Positions 23,327-37,942 of a stretch of 64,000 nucleotides of DNA are shown piece after piece; position 1 is the stretch's first letter; each line of letters starts with the position of its first letter. The position numbers and the translations under genes are program-made. The notes beneath the pieces were generated by a model, which had not been told where the DNA came from, searched no databases, and saw only the letters and a list, made by a program, of their open reading frames with translations. This DNA is from Octopus vulgaris (Eukaryota), in contig OX597817.1 of the NCBI GenBank assembly GCA_951406725.2, positions 94,364,001-94,428,000 of the forward strand, written 5' to 3'.

Positions 23327-25829
23327 GTGAGTGGAGCTGCTAGTGGCAGCGTGAATGTGGGGGTTTAATAATAAAGAGCGGGTGAGGCTTGTGAAAGGGA
23401 GTAAATATCGACAGAGATGGAGATAACGAAGAGACGAATCGAAAATGGCGTTAGAGATAAATATGAAAGTTATGTGATGATGAAAAAAATAAAGTAGTGA
23501 GTTCTAGAAAATGTTATAATAGCACTGATAGAACTCTCTATCTTTATTTCCTAGTCCCTTATTTCTCCAGTTACTTTCCTAATCTTCACTGTTCCTTTCT
23601 ACTCATCCAGCCCCAACACTAAACATTCTTATGTCTTCGCCTCTCTCTAACTGTCTGTGTCTCCACCCCTCTCTCTTCCCCACTCCCTGATGGAGGTTTC
23701 AACTAGAAGCGTTAGTTTTCTTTTCCCCTTTCAGCAAACTTTACTTTCCCCTCTCCGGAGTTGATAAATGAAGAACCAAATGGGTCATGGACATGGAATT
23801 CTTTTCTGACTAAATGATAACAAAAGAAAAAGTTACTTCACTGTGAACATTCTGCATCAAGTACTTAACAATACAGACCTTCACTAGTTTCCTCAGATTC
23901 TATATTCTCTTTCCTCTGGCGATTCCATCTGAACTGATACAGAAATCTCAATAAACAAAAGATTATCTATAGGTTTGCTTTGCCTCCTAGAAATAGCAGC
24001 TGAACCTGTCATAAATGTGTTCAACCTGTTTTTAAAAAAAATTCATCAGATAATGCATCCGAAGAAATATATACATATACATGGATACTCACACATACAT
24101 ACACGTGCATCCGCACTCACATATTTGTGAAAATGCTGGATGGTCACGAATGGAAGGCACTTTATCATAGATCTACTCTATAAAGTATTAACTAAGTATA
24201 ACGATATAGGGAAATTTACCTGGAAACTCTTCATACCAGATTTCGCAATCAACTTTCATATGCTCAAAGAAAAATACATAGCCACGGTATACTGCCCTAA
24301 AAGGAGCTTGAGAGTCATAGTTGAATGACTTTGATGATAGCTGCTCGTAACCAGATCTGTCTCAAGGCGAAACAACAAGAAGCAGATAGTCAAAATTCCT
24401 TCATACTACACCCGATTATCTTTAGAAATGAAGGGCATATTGGATAATATAGTACAAGACATCAACTATTCGCAACACCGGTGAATAATTTATCCACTGT
24501 TTTCTATATCTTCACTTTCGATATAGATTGATATTAGAATTTACCACAGGCATTTATGGTCCGTATAATAAACCTAAAGAATAACTTCAATACGTTAACA
24601 TGTATTTCAATCATCCTAGAACAGTAAATGTATCGATATATAAGAATTTCTAGACTTTCTGCTAAAGAAATTAACGTTCTGCAATCTAGCCAGCTGTCAC
24701 AAACAGTGTTTAGTACGGTACCTTCAAAGCGCTGTTATAGCCGTCTCCTTCAATCAGAACAAATTTGTAAAACTGAGGAGTCAGCTTATTAGATGTAGAA
24801 TAATGATACAGTAAAATTACAATAGTCTAATATGTTTATAACTGCTTCTCAAAAAAAAAAAGAAAAAGTCAGGTGTGCGCGCATATCTATTGATCTTAAC
24901 GAACGGTAGAAAAGTATTAAACCAAAGAAGAGCTTACTTTTTTTAGTTATGGTATCCACAAGCCTGATAATCTGTTGTTTCCAAAATGGGTGATTGATTT
25001 CGGAGAGTCAAATGCTTTAAAGTCTCAAAAAATCCCGCTATTAATTATTGCCTCTAGTATAGGTAGCGGACCTGAAGTTTAATGGAAGTGAGGGTTAGCC
25101 AAAGATATAGAATCCAGTACTTGACTTTATCGACGTCCTCGTGTTGAAAAACGAAATTAGTGTCAGAATTATTTGAAAACAAGACATAAACACACAAACA
25201 AATTATGCATGTTATTTTGTCTGACACTCGATGAGGATGCGAATCTAATTTCTTGAATTGTGCGTAACGTATGGAACAAGGCTGAAATTTGGGAGCAGCG
25301 GCTTAATCTGTTAAATCGACTGAAGTACTTAACTGACACTTTATTCTATCAATTATGGGGTGATGGAAGGTTAAGTTGATATCGGTGGGATTTGAACACG
25401 AAACGTAAATAATCGGAACAAATATCGCAAGGAAATTTTGTTAGGCGCTATACGGATTTCGTAATTTCGCCATCCGCTGGGGGTATTTAAAAGAAGTTTT
25501 TTTTTCATTATTCTTTTTACTGTCACTTCTTTTAATACTTTGTACCAGTTTTGAAAGACATGGTGTGAGAAGAGTTAAGTTCTCAACAAAACGTGCCCAC
25601 AATTACCTTTATTCCATCAATTGAAACTTATTCTACTTGCAGAATTGAGAAATATTTGCACACCACAATTTTGCTATTTTCTCTTCACATAAATTTATAG
25701 CCATTTTTATCAAGTTTATGGCTGTTCCATGATTTTCTAATCTTTACAGTTATTTTGCGACTCTCTTTAATTTTGATAGTCCTTTCATATATTTCTGACT
25801 TTTCCGAAAATATTTTGACATTTTGATTT

Positions 25830-28800
25830 CAAATTGCTTCTTTATCTTGGAAGTGTTGTAGAGCTAACAAAACATCTCACATTTTCATTGTTTCATTGTT
25901 TTCATATCAATACTTCAGTGCATCGTTTCAGATCACTTTTTCTTAGCCATCTCGAAGTGTTGATCTTGTCTTTTCCTTCGATTTCTCTGCGGTATTGCCC
26001 ATGCAGTGGTTTCATTTTCCTGTTGTTTACTCTTTCTTCTTCATCTTGTTTTTAAATGTTTGTGAGTGCATCAAGTTTTCGGTTGGTATTATATTGCTAA
26101 TTTTAACAGCAGCAAGCAAGGATTCACTCTGCTATTTGATGTACCAACACAGACTGTTCTCGTTGACAGATTTTGAATCCTATGAGACCTCTTCCACCCC
26201 TGTTTCTAGGCACATACACTCTGTCAGTGTCACTTTTGGATTGTAGCTCCTTCTTAATTGTCATCACTTTTCTAGTCTTCCTATCCATTTCCTCAAACTC
26301 ATTCTCTGTCCACCTAACAACACCTGCACCGTATCGCATTAAGAAACGGTCCAGGCGTTCATTGCTCTGATTTTGGGTTTTTTTCCATTGAGTTTACTTC
26401 CCATAATTAATTTGGTTCTTCTCAGATATTCTCGCCTAAAGCTTTCCTTTATTTCATTTTCCTTGATTTTGTCGTATTCTAAAACGCCCAGATATTTATA
26501 TCCATTAGTCTCAATATCCTTGATTTTCTTGCCGTTGATTTTCTACACCATCAGACGACACTACTTTACCCCTTTGTATTATAAGCATACCACACTTTTT
26601 AGTCTCAAATTCCATTCTGAATATCTGCACTGTTGAAACTGGGTCATTTATCATATGTTCGGTCTTTCCAAAGATCTTTAAATCATCCATATAAAACAGA
26701 TGATTTACCCCGATGTCACTTTCAGTAGTATGTGTGTGAGGGTGTCATACAAATCACACACGGCAATGGTGATAGGCTATCTCCTTGAACTATGCCTCCC
26801 TTGATGTTGACCGTCGCCCCAAATTTTCCACATAAAGTTAACTCTATATTCCAGTTGTTCATTGATCTCCTAATAAAATTTGATATGTTATCAGACACCT
26901 GTACCAACTCAAGACTTTCTAGAATCCAGGAATGGGGGACCATGTCATATGCTTTCTTATAATCGGTCTACGCATTGCCCAGGTTCGTAAGTCTTTTCTT
27001 GCAGTCGTTCAGTACAATTCTGTCTATCAGGAGTTGGCCTTTTGTCCAGCACTAAACAGCTTTTCCCTCTGCACCTTTCCTGTTCCACTGGCAGGTTGTC
27101 GTCCATTTCCAGGAAGTTATACACATAATTAGATATTATTCCTATCATCAGCTTCAACATCAACGGGTAGATAGGTGATAGATCGGTAATTATCCATCGC
27201 ATTGCCTTTGATGGGATCCTTTTGGCAAAGAATTGTTTTACCTGTGATCAGCCACTATGGGATTTGTACATCGTTGTTGATCATTTTATCCATTTGCGTG
27301 GCTATTCTTCTGTGTAGTACTGGGAAATTTTTCAGTCAGTGTCCTTGTACCTCATCCGGTCCTGGGCATTTCCAGTTTGGTATCTTTGTTTTCTGTTCGG
27401 TTACCATTTCTGTCGTTACTCTGTTTCACCTCATATTTTTCCGACCTTAATTCTCTCAACCAGTTAGCATCTTTGTTATGCTTTCTTCCATGATCCCAGA
27501 TGTTTCTCCCAAATCTTTAACTTTCTTCAGTGTCTGCTCTCTCACTGCTGTTAACCTTTCCATTCAGCTGTTGATAAACCATTTTCTGGTCTGGTTGGAA
27601 CAATCTGTTGATTTTATATTGTTCAATCCTTTGGTCATATTTCTTGATCCTTGTCGCTTTGGCCTGTAATCTTTGTTTCAGGTTTTTAAGAACTACATTT
27701 AGCCTCTTTTTTTTTAATCCTATATCTATGCTCTAGTTCCTGATATTTCTCCTCCCTCTTGATTTCACTTTTTTGTTTCTTTCCAAGATGTTGATAAGTT
27801 TTCGTTGTTCGTTCATTAATTATTTTATTCTTCTTTTCCACCGAGATTCTTTTTCTTCATTCTCACATTTACGGTTTGGTTTGAGGCCTACTTTATTTCC
27901 TATATAGATGATGTAAGCATTAATCAACCTATTCGTTCCGGTTATCTTGTCTTGATTTCTTTTAGTATTTTATTCACCTTGAGGCTCCACTCGCTGAGCA
28001 AATTTCTATATACTTTCCTGAATCCATTATTTCCATATCCAGGTTTTCCTCAATGATACTAGTAATGTCTTCGATCATTCCTTTGTCTTCATTATTTAGT
28101 CCTCTTCACTCAGGGCTTGAAACATTATACTTCTCCCGGTTACTCTCATTAAGTGCAACATCATCAGCATTCTCTGTCTCTACTTCTGCATCGCTCTTTG
28201 TGTTTTCGGTTATCATCCTCCTCCTAATCTCATCGAGCTCTAGTACTGCTAGCCAACCTTTCTTCCTTATTGCTCTTACCTGGTCACAGAATCTCTGTTC
28301 CGTAATATCTGAGCCTTGCTTCCCCATTCATATGTCATGCATCTTCTTTCTATATCCTCTTATAGACTCCATTCGTTATCAGTAGGTCTGCTCAAAAATA
28401 ACATTCTATGCCAGCTATATTCATCGTCTTAGTCCATTTAGTTCTAGCACCGTATAATAACGACCAGGGCTGTGCTGCTCACCCACAGGGTACCGGCTAG
28501 GCGAAAGTCCGTCACCTGTAGTTCCGTCCTTATTTATGCCATTGTTTGTGTTAATTATATTATTCATTACTCTCATGCAGAGGAAAGTGTTGATAAGGTG
28601 TCACGACCACCAGTATTTTTATCGAGACACCATCTCTAGAGGGATTTGTCTAAAAAGACTCAAAGCGGCCCTTCTCCCCTTAAACGTTAAAGTGAGGTAT
28701 TCTGCGCTAGACATGAAACCCAGTATTCAGTACTCCGCAGCCTGTGAATGGGGAATGAGTTATTATTTGAATGGCCGTTGAATCCTCAGAGTTCATCCGC

Positions 28801-28870
28801 CTTTTGTCGGGTTTTGTATTTCATCCTGCAAGGTGACCTAGCAAAAAGCACCCTCTCCACAAAGCAAGCT
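25830..28870 (-). mobile_element. R4/Dong-clade non-LTR retrotransposon, decayed, 3' truncated
   Basis: TEQRFCDQVRAIRKKGWL N-terminus, WKCPGPD.VQG, DYKKAYDMVPHSWI, GIVQGDSLSPL, NHLFYMDDLK, RYGAGVVRWT...DRKTRK, YVPR.RGGRGL. Confidence 0.88.
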
Positions 28871-29012
28871 CTGTGGGTTGGCCGGTTTAATCGCCAATAG
28901 CTGGTAACAAGAATCTGTTTCAAATCTAACAATTTGAATCAGTGACAGACAGACGGACATACGTTTTTATCGTAAAGTTGTAAATCGAACTAAATTATTA
29001 TTATTATTATTT

Positions 29013-32000
29013 TATTCTACGTTGAGAAATTTAGAATTTTGCTCAATGGCAACAACAAACAGTTTCGAGGTAGTTTCAGTCGTCGATGAGAGAGGTGGAG
29101 AGACGGAGGAGTGTCTTGCTACAAAAATGGAGAGGGTGACAGTTCTTCGCCTGTTGGCATGACAAGCAAGCAGGCAAAACAAGATAATCATCCTAATCAC
29201 AAACAACAACTCCAACACCACCACCATCACCACATCTGCCACTACCATTACGAACAACAACAACAAAAGCAACTGTAGCAGCAACAACAGCAACGCAGAG
29301 ACAACAACAACAACTGAAGAGCTTTGACAGCAAAGACAAATAAGTAGTAGAGCTACGATATAAATTATTTCCTCTCCGTTAGCAAGTAGCTTGGCTACTT
29401 CAGTCAACGATATGAAGATCACCACAAACAATAGCGTCGCTTTGGCTCCGACTAACACTAACTACAATAGGAACAACACTAGCAGCAAAACAATATAATC
29501 AACACCAACAATAACAGTAACGATAAAAACAACTCCTTTGCAGGAGTTACAAGACTGCCGAGTAAATCTTCCTTGAATGAATTTATGCGTACCTGAATGA
29601 ATCAGATAGAATCTGATGAATCCTCAATAGAGGGCATAGGAAAACCAAGCTTGCTATCCCTTCAGCTTTGATGGAGAAGACGGCCAGAAGGACCATCGTA
29701 TACAAATGTGTGTCGCTAAAGACGAGGAAAATGCCACACATCCAAGTAGAAAAATGCTTGAAGAGCATTTGGACTGACATTGATTTCCTCACACGTGTGA
29801 GACAATATGGTTCTGAGGAAACATGAGGATCTTCTTCTCCTTCCCACATACCTTGGGCAGCGGGCGGTGAAAGTTAAAATATCTGATTTGCTACCAGAAT
29901 TAGACATTTGGTAGTTGGTTGCGTGCGCTGTGGTCAAAGGCCAGGATTCGCTTCTAGAAATTAAAAAATATCGGAAGAAAAATGGTCCAGAATCGAGTGG
30001 GAGATTTTGATCCAGGTAAAACCGGAATCCCTGGACAAGGTCCCTGATGTTATCGAGCTTCACAACGGAGCACAACTCCAAGTCGTGTTCGAAGACAGAA
30101 AGCCAAGGTTCTACACTCTTGGATCTAACGCCCATTTGAAGGTCCTCTGCCCACAGCAACAACAGAATGGAGCTCGAGAAACGACGACTCTGGTACCACA
30201 ACCACCACAAGAAGGCCAAAAGCTGCAACAATAATCAATACAGCAACAGCTATTAAAACATCTTCAACAGCAGAATCCTGCCACTACAATGGCACCAACA
30301 ACTGTAGCCGTAGAAACAAGTAGCGCCCGACCATCCCTACAGGCGGGCGACTTAGAGACACCATGTACTCCCGACACGTGCGATTCAGAAGCCTTATCTT
30401 GCAACGAGAAGGAATTGAATCCCCCAAAAAGGATTTGTGTTGGGGAAAAGCGGTGAAGTAGTTCAGAAAAAGGTTGTCCTAAGCTACACTAACAACACTC
30501 AAATCCCAACATCAAAAGCAATGTACACTCATTCAACCACAACCACAAATACAAAAAGCACCAAACAAACAAGCACTCGAAGAGAAACATCAATCACAAG
30601 AACAACTCGTACAACTTACTAGAGAACCCGAATGCCTCATCAACTTCACAGTCGTTCGCAAGAGCAACAGCTGATGCAGGAAGTAGGGATAACCACAAAT
30701 ATTCATATAAAAAGAGTAGGGTTCGACGAACGTCTGTCGAAAACTCCCCGTGACAGACAGCTGATAAAAACTGATACAAACACTTACCTAGAACTTTAAA
30801 AAAATACTCAAAAGACACTGGACCTTTTAGGCTAAAGCCGGATAAGAGGAATTTAGGAAGGCCCTTGAGGCTGCTAAATCAGCCGACCCTCTCAAAATCC
30901 AAGGTAAGTGACTTTCCATTTTGTTTCTCCGATAAACAGTCGTTTTCAGAGTGGGGTGTGTGAATGTTCGTGGCCTGGGGTCAGCTTGGAAGCAAGGTCA
31001 CTTGCTAAATGACCTCAGGTCGCTCGATTTACATGTTGCTGCAATTAGCGAGACAAGGATTTCTAATGCACAAGCATTAGAGCCCATTTTCTATGACTAT
31101 GAGATATTCTCATCATGTGGTCTGTCGTGAGCGGGCGGCAGGGTAGCAGTGCAATCCCGAAAATCCTCTGATCTGGAAGTAAAAGCAATGTTCAGGGAAC
31201 CGGGCGGCAGGTTGGTGGTCCTAGATGTTAATGGTAGTGAAGGTGACACCCTTAGACTGGTGGTCGTCTATGCCCCTACAAGATCTGGAAGGCCAGAATG
31301 CTTCAGGCGTCTAGAATCATTACTGGGAACGTCTCGAAGTTTAGTACTAGTAAGGGACTGAAATGGGATTTTTGACGCACAGAAGGACTGTGTTGGACTA
31401 GTACACAGAAGAAGGGGATGCAAAAGCCTCAAAAATCTACTCAGAGACTTCCAATTGTCTAACAGGTATCAGCTGGATTTCCCTGATGTGCCAGTATAGA
31501 CATGGATTAACCACAATGGGTCATCTGGATAATATCTAGATCGAGTATTTGTTCAGTCAGAGGATAGGGATAGTGTAGGTTGTCCACAATTTAAATTGGT
31601 TGGCTACACAGACCACAAGTTTGTGATCTGCACAGTCAAGTTAGATAGAACCCGTGGACAGGGACCCGGTTACTGGAAGTTAAACGCGTCCTTTCCGGTT
31701 CGTAAAGATTAAAGGGACTGGATTAATGAACTAGTTAAGCGGTAGTTGACGGAGGGCAATGGTCAACAACTGGTGGTGGGCTACCCTGAAGAGGGCGATT
31801 AGAGCAGAATCGATAGCGTTTAGGAATAGATTAGACAGTGAACTAATTAGCAAATTAGAAGAGGCGATTAAAAAGGGCATTGCGGTCGATGTGTTAGCGG
31901 CGAGAATGACTCTTAACCATTTCTTCGAAGCCAAACACAAAGGTTGCGTTGTTAGAGCTAAGGCCCGTGCGCTCAAGCAGGAAGGAACTAAAGCTGTCCG

Positions 32001-34500
32001 ATGGGCCCGAACAGTGGAGATGCGACGTGGAAACAAAACCATGATCAGGTCTTTGACGGATCGAGATGGGCGCGTGCTACGCGACTCCGAGCAGACTCGC
32101 GCAGCTGTTTGGAGAGGGGGGTAAGTGGACAACATTAATGGACTTTAGTTCGTACCTGGACGGCTTGCCGCGGCTCTCGGCAGCTGACACGAGGTTATGT
32201 GAAAGGCCCATAACAGCCGCTGAAATTTGGGAGGTGATGAGCGATTGCAAAAGTCGCTGATCGCCCGGCTTAGATGGTCTGCCGTATGAATTCTATGTAT
32301 TCATGCCAGATTTGTTTGGCAACATCTTGCCAGACGTCTACTGCAAGTGCAAATAGAACAGGAGAATGCCTAGTACTGTTAGCATAGGTGTGGTGACACC
32401 GCCGAGGAAGGACACCGACAATGGGGACGCACGACAGAATTTTCGGCCCATAACTCTGTTAAACACAGAGTTTAATATTTAAGTCAAGGTGTTAGCGAGA
32501 AGGCTGGCGCTTGTCGTCGGTAGCCTGGTCGGAGAAGCACAAACGTGCGCAATCCCGAGCTGGTCTATCCACGTCAACCTCCACCTTATGTGATACATCA
32601 TAGAGAGGGCTGGGACCATAGTTGACATCGGGAGTGCTCTGATGAATTTGGATCAATCAAAAGCATTCGATAGTGTTGACCATCGCAATTTGGAAATTGT
32701 CCTGAAATTAAGCGGTTTCGGACCCATTTTCAGAGGCTGGATCGCTACAATGTTCAGTGGTTAAAGTACACGGCCACCTATCGGAGCCGTTTAGCATCGC
32801 ACGCTCGGTCCGTCAAGGCTTCCCGCTTTCGCCTCTTCTATACGTATCGGCACTCGAACCACTGTTTCGGAAGTTGGAACAGCTAAGAGGCAATCCTTTC
32901 GAACTGAGACAAGGAAGGGCAGTTTCGGTATACACGGACGTCGTCACCGTCATGGTGTCGGACGTTCTGAAGTGGAGACGGTCGGCACCATCCTAAAGGA
33001 ATATGAGTCGGTTGCAGGGGCTAAAATCAACGCCGACAAATTGGTGGGTTTGCGGTTGGGAAAGACGATGCCATCGGACGTCGTCGTCGGACTCGGGGTC
33101 TGGTTTGATCCTGACCTTCAGGTTGATAAGAACTGGGACGAGTTGGCGAACAGGGTGGCCAGCCTTACCCAGAAATGAGCCGAAAGAAAGGTCGAGCAGA
33201 TGTGGCGAATGCTTATATCGCCTCCGTTATCATTTATCGCCTGACCATCGTGCATTGTCCCGATTACTGCTTGACCAGGTTGGGGCGTCTGTTATTTAAA
33301 TACTTGTGGTAGGAATGAGTTCCAATGTGCAGACGGTCGGCCTGTTGCCAATATCCTATAAGTGGGGGATTAGGTATGCTGTGGCTCCTAATGAGCAAAC
33401 ACGCTCTTAGGTTACGTCACCTGCAACGATTTCTGGACGGTAAGCGTGTGTGGGCTCCGTTTGTGAGGCTCGTCTTTCCGCTGCTCGTCTCCTTGATGGA
33501 GCTGCAGTTCTGGGTGAAGGTTAGACCAAGACTGGGCACCTGATGCTTAGAATGTCATCGGGCGCTTACAAACGTCTACCAGTCGAGCAATGGGATCGGT
33601 GGATGTTCCACTTCAGAAATTTTTAGAGGATTATTGACGGGGAAGTGCAACGCGTTCTAGGAGAGACTCTGGGCGCCGACGAGAACGAACTGGCTAGTCT
33701 GTTCCGGAGGCTTTCCCTTCAGGAATTATCCTGGATAATTTCCCGATGTCCTTGACCTAGCAATACTACCAGTTCGAGATAAACTCTACAGGCACTGATG
33801 TGCTGTCAGACGGACTTGTCCGAGGTGCGCGCAGAGTGACAAAACCGTTCTGCACACCCTCATTCATTGTCCGAGTATTGCTGACTTGTGGGGTTATGTT
33901 GAACAGCTGTTGTCACGTATGGGACGGATCCGTCTGTCGGCCGAGTCTGTAGTGATGATCGCACTGTCGCTAGCCTTCAATTAGACAGGCAAGGTAGTGT
34001 TCCTTTGCCTGGTGGCTATGGCGAAAGAGTTTGTTTTGTGGACAAGGCTGAACGGCATGAAGACATTCCTCTTTTGTAGCGCTCTCGTTGATTTCTTCAA
34101 GTTTCACTTGAAAGGGAAATTGAGAGCGGAGAGAGAAGTGATGTCCTCGAATGAGTTTATTGAAAGGTGAGTTACGAAAATGGCAAGAATGGATGGTACC
34201 TGTGAGTCGGAGAGAAGGAATTGGAGTGGGCTATTGCTCCTAGGATTTGAGGGAAATCTCGGACAGTAGGTTTCTTCGATTATCCCTAGAGGCCTTTCTG
34301 TATCAGGAGGGCCACATCTCTACCATCCTCCCCACTTTTTTACCTTACCTTTTGTATGTTATGCCTATGTCCCTTCTTTTTCAGTGCATACCGTGTATAC
34401 TTACTTTTTTTATCATTTCCTTTTATGTAAACCCCCCACACTTTATGTCTGTCTCTGTATTGTTCCCCTCATTTCACCCTTGTGGCAAATAAATGAAATC
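29013..34500 (+). mobile_element. Full-length decayed Tx1/L1-clade LINE (ORF1 plus APE-RT ORF2), flanked by (ATT)n
   Basis: ORF1 remnant with a knuckle-like H....CP near 30130. ORF2 from ~30940: NVRGL, AISET, VYAP, YLDRVF, TDHK, GPGYWKLN, SPGLDGLPYEFY, FRPITLLN, LDQSKAFDSVDH, VRQG.PLSPLLY, GGLG, CPRC...H...C. AATAAA at the 3' end. Confidence 0.9.
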
Positions 34501-34518
34501 ATTATTATTATTATTATT

Positions 34519-35049
34519 CAGTAGTATATTTTTTTATATCGTGCTTTCACTTCACTACCGAGCACAGCTCTGTGTGCCTTGGGTATGTGATGTGATTTGT
34601 TGTGATGCTCTGATGGTTATTGTATGGAAAGTGTTCTGCGTAGGATGTGTGCAGTGCCTAGTAGTGCAATTTTCTGTATGTTATATGTGTTTGTAAGTCC
34701 TGGTGTTTTTGTTATGTATTTGTCTGAATATTTTTTTATCATGCCTAATGCACCTATTATGATAGGAATTGTTTCTGTTTTTAGATTCCACATTCTGGTT
34801 ACCTCTATTTCCAGGTCTTTGTATTTTGAAAGTTTCTCCATTTCTTTTAGAGACACGTTGTCATCCGCTGGTATTGATACATCAATTAGAAAACATTTTT
34901 TTTTCATGATCTCTGACAACTATATCTGGTCTGTTGGCCTTAATTTCTCTATTTGTGTGTATTGGCATATCTCAGAGTATGGTTGCTTTCTCGTTTTCTG
35001 TGACGTTTTCTGGTGTGTGCCTATACCATCTTTTTTCTGTTGTTATTCC

Positions 35050-35050
<1 letters not shown>
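34519..35050 (-). mobile_element. R4/Dong LINE 3' fragment (restriction-like endonuclease), young-looking, between (TTA)n arrays
   Basis: NRPDIV...CFLIDVSIP.D.N...KE.EKLSKYKDL...IPIIIGALG...QKIALLGTAHILRRTL; (TAA)n tail on the element strand. Confidence 0.9.
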
Positions 35051-35122
<72 letters not shown>

Positions 35123-35124
35123 TT

Positions 35125-35835
35125 CTCTTCATCACAGGTTTTGTTGGATCTCCTGTAGTCTTGCATACGTAGCGGGTTTACTACCAGCAGCCTACAGTAT
35201 CATGCTATTCGTTCTTTTCAGTTGTCTAATACTTTCCTGATTATTCTGACCATGGCAAAGAGGCAAGCCTTTTGTAACAATTCTACTGCGCACTCTATTC
35301 CAATTAACTCTTTATATTCATCTTGATACCTTCTGATACTGTTTCCAAGGACCCAACAATAATTGGCACTATCTTAACCTTCTTCATTTCCATAGCCGGG
35401 CTATTTCGTACTTAAGAGGGATGTATCTATCTATCTTTTCGCCTTCTTTCTTGACTATTCGTGGGTCAAAGGGGTATGCAACATCAACTATATAACATAT
35501 GTGGTGTACCTTGCCCTCCACCACTAGGTCCCGTCTATTATGCTCTAGTGCCTGATTTGTTTGGATTGGGAAATCTCAGAAGATTTTGATAGTCTCCCAC
35601 TCCGTCACTCTCTGCAGTTTGTGCTCATACCACGTTTTCACGTTTTGTCTCTTTCTTAGCCTACACTTTTCGGAGTTTCCATTGTAGCATTTTCGCTATC
35701 TGGTCGCGTTAGAATAACTTATAGTGGTTTTGGTTAGTTATAGGGCATTCGTTCGTGATATGGGCAATGATTTCATCCATTCTGTTGCAGATACGGCACA
35801 GCGGGGAGACTTGCTCATTCCTCAATGTTGACCCT
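35125..35835 (-). mobile_element. Second R4/Dong LINE 3' fragment (CCHC zinc finger plus RLE)
   Basis: SPLCRIC...EII.HI..ECP...HYK, RRDLVV..DVAYPFD, IVPIIVGSL, LLQKACL; abuts (TTA)n at 35051-35122. Confidence 0.8.
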
Positions 35836-36719
35836 CCAGTTCGTGACCAAAGCTTGGTCTTGCGCTGCCAGAATAGAGCTCTCTGCGAAAGGCCACTTTG
35901 CATTTCATTCTTCCGGGGGCGATAGAATAACTACCAGTTGAGCGCTGGGATCGATGTAATTGACGTACTCCCTCCCCTGGAATTCTTGGCCTTGTGCCAA
36001 AATTTGAAGCCATTCTTACTATTTTTCTAATTTCGTGACTTCTCACCATTACGGTAACTTTTCACACAAGTTTCTCACTCTATATTTTTCTGGTGATTCG
36101 ATACTTTTGCCGACAGTTTTCCCAGAAGAGATAAAGACAAGACAATATCGAAAAAAATCTAACAATTTGAATCAATGACAGACACACGTATATAAAGACA
36201 GACAGGCGTGAAACAAAAGTCAGTTTTGATTCCGTTGTTTAAATTTGTTTAATTCGAAATTTTGCTTTTATGTTATCTATTTTTTGTATTAATTGCTTAT
36301 GACAAATTGGTCGTAAAAATCACCTTTGCATTTGTTAGTTTCGGATCAAATCAATAGACGTTTCCATTCATTATCTTTCTTTATGGCTGATGGTTTTTCA
36401 TATTCAGTTTCCGTATTTTGAATACAAGAAAAGAAACTAAAGATAAAAGACAAAGAAAGGAAAACAGCTTTCATATTTCTTTTCATAGAAATCAGGCAAC
36501 GTAAAATCACGAAAAATATAAAAGCGCATCATCTTAAGATTGCGCCATTTGAATATTTGTATAGTTTGTGTAAGAGAAAATCACACAAGCAGGTTAACTG
36601 ATGTAGCGATACGGTTTCGGTTTTCAAATTTGTAGATTCGTGTTTCATTGTGTTAATGACATTCCCTTTATATACATGCATGCATACATACATAGATACA
36701 TACATACATGCGTACGTAC

Positions 36720-36815
<96 letters not shown>

Positions 36816-37552
36816 GTGTGTGTGTTCAAAAATTATGAAGCGAAAACTACATACAGAAAGCAACAATTAAACTCTAGTTTACTGTAACATGTACATTTGT
36901 ATTGTGTACCTACACACACACATAGATAGAGATAGAGTGATATGTGCTTACATGCATACATACGATGATATACGTACTCATTCATATGCACAGGAAGAAT
37001 TGAACAGGGGAGAACACCGTCATTTCACTTGCAGACAGTGCATGTTGACAATCCACTCGATTCATTGGCATAGAAGAAATTTGAGACACCGGTGTTTCTA
37101 CTTGATTGTGTCGCTTCAGTGAAAGCTACACATGGATCAATAAGCTAAGCAAGAATGATCCTTCTTGTTTATACAATTTAGCAAACAACTTATTAGCTGA
37201 TGCGTGTTGTTGTATGTCAAATCGATAATAACTTATCATGTGCACGTAAAATGCGCGAATCAAAACGCTGAAGTACATTCATTATATGTTTCGGGAAATA
37301 TCAAACGTCGCTGTCCCTTTTAACAATTTTCTATGCAGCTAAAACGCATACATACATACATACATACATACATACATACATACATACATACATACATACA
37401 TACATACGTACGTACATACGTACATACATACATACGTGCATACATGCATACATGCATACATCCATACGTACATACATGCATACGTACATACATACATACA
37501 TACATACATACATACATACATACATACATACATACATAGGCATGTGTGTGTG

Positions 37553-37690
37553 TGGAGGTGTGTAGCTTAATGGTAGGGTATATGACTCATAATTGTAAAA
37601 TTGTGGTTTCGATTGCTGGACCGGCCGATGCGATGTTCTTCAGCAAAACACTTCAGTTTTCGTTGCTCCAGTCAATCAGATGGCAAACAT
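37553..37690 (+). mobile_element. Decayed tRNA-derived SINE head (family B-like)
   Basis: GGAGGTGTGTAGCTTAATGGTAGGG...GGTTTCGATTGC...GCAAAACAC similar to the copy at 22237. Confidence 0.55.
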
Positions 37691-37776
37691 GTGACATCTC
37701 GACCCTATGAGTCTATGTATAAATAAATAAATAAATAAATAAATATATATATATATATAAGTTTCTTCTTTTTTAT

Positions 37777-37942
37777 TTTACTTGTTTTAGTCATTTGTCT
37801 GCGGCCATGCTGGGGCACTGCCTTGAAGGTTTTAGTCGGACAAACCAACCCCTGGAATTGTCTTTTTATGCCTAGTACTTAATCTACTGTTGTCTTTTGA
37901 TAACTGCTAAGTTACGGGAACGTAAACACACCAACACCAGTT
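37777..37942 (-). mobile_element. SINE family A tail
   Basis: TTTACTTGTTT.AGTCATTTG.CTGCGGCCATGCT...GCTAAGTTACGGG.ACGTAAACACACC. Confidence 0.75.

Noticed and set aside
23681-23716. CTGATGG...GAAGCGTTAG HHR-like string
   Set aside because: Two core changes and poor helices.
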